A DNA stretch of 64,000 bases from Promethearchaeota archaeon (lineage in GTDB: Archaea; Asgardarchaeota; Heimdallarchaeia; Hodarchaeales; Hodarchaeaceae), in the NCBI GenBank assembly GCA_048938105.1, contig JBHLMN010000005.1, forward strand, positions 209,564 through 273,563, given 5' to 3'. Below the pieces are notes generated by a model. It did no database searches, was not told where the DNA came from, and saw only the letters and a program-made list of their open reading frames with translations. Below are positions 62,222 to 64,000 of this stretch, piece by piece (position 1 is the first letter of the stretch; each line of letters begins with the position of its first letter). A program made the position numbers and the translations under genes.

Positions 62222-62408
62222 TAAGAACCTCTAAAGAATCCGTTTTAATCCTTTCTTCCCGTGTGACCATTTTTACCAGTTTCTTTGAAGTCTATCAAGA
62301 TACTTCTTTTACATTTGAAATAAATCCATTGGCTTTTTATAATTCTCCTTCTAGGCATGAGTAGTAAAATGGTAGAGTTATAGTTTTTTGAAAACCAAAT
62401 TTGCTGGA

Positions 62409-62433
62409 AAGCCGCCAATAGCTGGATTTACGC
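62409..62433 (+). repeat. Intergenic cassette-boundary site (degenerate copy)
   Basis: AAGCCGCCAAT-AGCTGGA-TTTACGC. Confidence 0.45.
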
Positions 62434-62491
62434 CAAAAAAAATCTGAATGATGTCATTAAATCAAAATTTAGAAAAGATCATTAACTACAG

Positions 62492-63265
62492 TCAGATTAT
62501 TATATTTTTGTTTTCTACACGGGCATCAATTAAATTTTTGAGCGGATGTAATAGGGTAATGAACTGATATCCTTCTAAATATTTATTATCGGTCTGTAAA
62601 ATTAAATCAATTTCATCTGTTCCAAGATTCTGCTTCTGAAACTTCTTGCGTTCTGATTCTAAATACTGATCATTTATCTGTTCAATATGATGAAAAACTT
62701 CGGGTAGATATTTGCAAATTTGTAGATTGACGTCCTCACATGCAGAAAAAATGGTTAAGGATGTGTTTGTATTTTGGATATATTCGTGAAGATCATCTAG
62801 ACTTTTTTTAGATAGTTTACTCTTTTTACATTCTTCTATTCTTCGTAAACTACTCTTAACACCTTCCTCAGCAAATGAAATAATTGCTATAATCTCTTTC
62901 ATGCAAGCATTCAAATTGTGGAGGAAAGCGGAATATGCCTCTAATCGTTCATTTAAATCAGTTATTTTTTCAGTTTCATTGAAAGAGACGTGATAATCAG
63001 TTTCAAGGTGCTTGAGCTTAAAATATTTTGTGGGAATAGATCCTCTGGACTCTTTTGGACTCTCTCTTGATTCAATTATGATACCTTTGTCTCGAAGGAT
63101 TTGTAAATGGTATTGGATAGTTGTTTTTTTCATATTGAGTATTTCAACCATCTGTGGGAGGCTTAGTTCTTTATACATTCGTAGAATGTTAACTAAGATA
63201 GATCTTGTCTCATTCTTATATATCTCTAACAATTGATTTTGAGAGTACGGAGTACTTCGTTCCAT
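62492..63265 (-). CDS. ArsR-like winged-helix regulator
   Basis: NETRSILVNIL..TTIQYHLQILRDKGII. Confidence 0.8.
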   Translation of the reverse strand: MERSTPYSQNQLLEIYKNETRSILVNILRMYKELSLPQMVEILNMKKTTIQYHLQILRDKGIIIESRESPKESRGSIPTKYFKLKHLETDYHVSFNETEKITDLNERLEAYSAFLHNLNACMKEIIAIISFAEEGVKSSLRRIEECKKSKLSKKSLDDLHEYIQNTNTSLTIFSACEDVNLQICKYLPEVFHHIEQINDQYLESERKKFQKQNLGTDEIDLILQTDNKYLEGYQFITLLHPLKNLIDARVENKNIII

Positions 63266-63343
63266 CTTAAGTCCATTCCTACTTTTAAAATGCGTTCTTT
63301 ACCTAAATAATAATCTTTAAATGTCCAAAAATAATAATAATTC

Positions 63344-63355
63344 TTGAACGTTCAA
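63344..63355. promoter_or_regulatory. Perfect palindrome TTGAACGTTCAA in the divergent promoter
   Basis: Between the wHTH regulator and the S41 peptidase, next to a TATA-like run. Confidence 0.5.
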
Positions 63356-63416
63356 CTATATATAAATATTCCGTATAAATAAATATACTTGAAAACACAA
63401 TAAGAGATGAATAAAG

Positions 63417-64000
63417 ATGAATCAGGAGAAATATAGATCATCATATGATGATTTAACGCGAGAAAAAATCCTTGAGCAAATTTCTAAGATTCTTAGTGAA
63501 AAGTATGTCTTTCCTGAGGTTGCTCAAAAGATTATCGAGACACTTACTTTATCAAAGAATGATGGAGTATTCGATCAAATACACAATGCCTCTGAATTTG
63601 CAGGAGCATTACAACGTATTTTTCAAGAAATAAGTAAAGATAAACATTTTTGTATATGGTATGAACCAAATATAACTAAGTATATTACTATCAATGAAGA
63701 AAAACCTGAAGAAGAAAAGCTTACTCTTCAGCAAGAGAAAATTGCAAGGGAAAAGCAATCGAATTTCGGATTTTTGACGATTTCCATCTTAGAGGGAAAT
63801 ATTGGGTATCTAGATTTACGACATTTTTGTCATACTGACTATGCAGCGAAGACGGCCATCTCCTCTATGAATTTTCTTGCCAACACAGACGCAATCATAA
63901 TCGATCTACGAAAAAATGGTGGTGGTGAACCAGAGATGGTTCAATTATTGGCAAGTTACTTTTTAAACGGAAGAACACAATTAAATCAAATTGAACGACG
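63417..64000 (+). CDS. S41 family (IRBP-like) peptidase, 5' part
   Basis: Manual translation: YVFPEVAQKI, NIGYLDLRHF, IIDLRKNGGGEPEMVQLLASYF. Confidence 0.9.
   Translation, partial: MNQEKYRSSYDDLTREKILEQISKILSEKYVFPEVAQKIIETLTLSKNDGVFDQIHNASEFAGALQRIFQEISKDKHFCIWYEPNITKYITINEEKPEEEKLTLQQEKIAREKQSNFGFLTISILEGNIGYLDLRHFCHTDYAAKTAISSMNFLANTDAIIIDLRKNGGGEPEMVQLLASYFLNGRTQLNQIER

Noticed and set aside
961-62433. Repeat interpreted as a CRISPR array
   Set aside because: Copies are irregularly spaced, mostly by whole genes; no uniform spacers and no cas genes.
961-62433. Repeat interpreted as classical integron attC sites
   Set aside because: No long imperfect palindrome with paired RYYYAAC/GTTRRRY boxes was visible, and the genes point both ways; GATTAAC only loosely resembles the R box.
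312-63236. Short ORF-track entries antisense or out of frame to real genes (e.g. 961-1320, 23587-24099, 25954-26235, 30407-30757, 58610-58987)
   Set aside because: Shadow ORFs with no recognisable motifs, overlapping better-supported genes or remnants.

Overview
AT-rich 64-kb archaeal-type region, most likely from an Asgard archaeon (Heimdallarchaeia/Hodarchaeales-like). This is an inference from a Rab-like small GTPase, a RING-like zinc finger, a longin-like fragment, an HTH_10 regulator, GGTGA-type Shine-Dalgarno sites and CTERM-like anchored surface proteins. It holds about 50 functionally unrelated, mostly stand-alone accessory genes in both orientations: GNATs, methyltransferases, RidA, DinB, an MNT-HEPN toxin-antitoxin pair, a SAVED protein, oxidoreductases, secreted repeat proteins and peptidases. 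Many gene remnants lie between them. I saw no rRNA, tRNA, CRISPR array, integrase or transposase. The main hidden structure is a ~25-bp site, consensus about RYKTCGYMAAA-GGCTGGA-TTAAYAC, with about 11 near-exact and about 12 or more degenerate copies. The copies lie between real genes, were all seen on the + strand, and divide the region into modules of one to a few genes. The 11-bp arm, conserved asymmetric 7-bp spacer and TTA arm resemble a tyrosine-recombinase (dif/att-like) core site, suggesting an integron-like gene-cassette array without attC hairpins. One copy is interrupted by an 80-bp MITE with 12-bp terminal inverted repeats and a 4-bp target duplication. All calls are by eye; no database searches were run.
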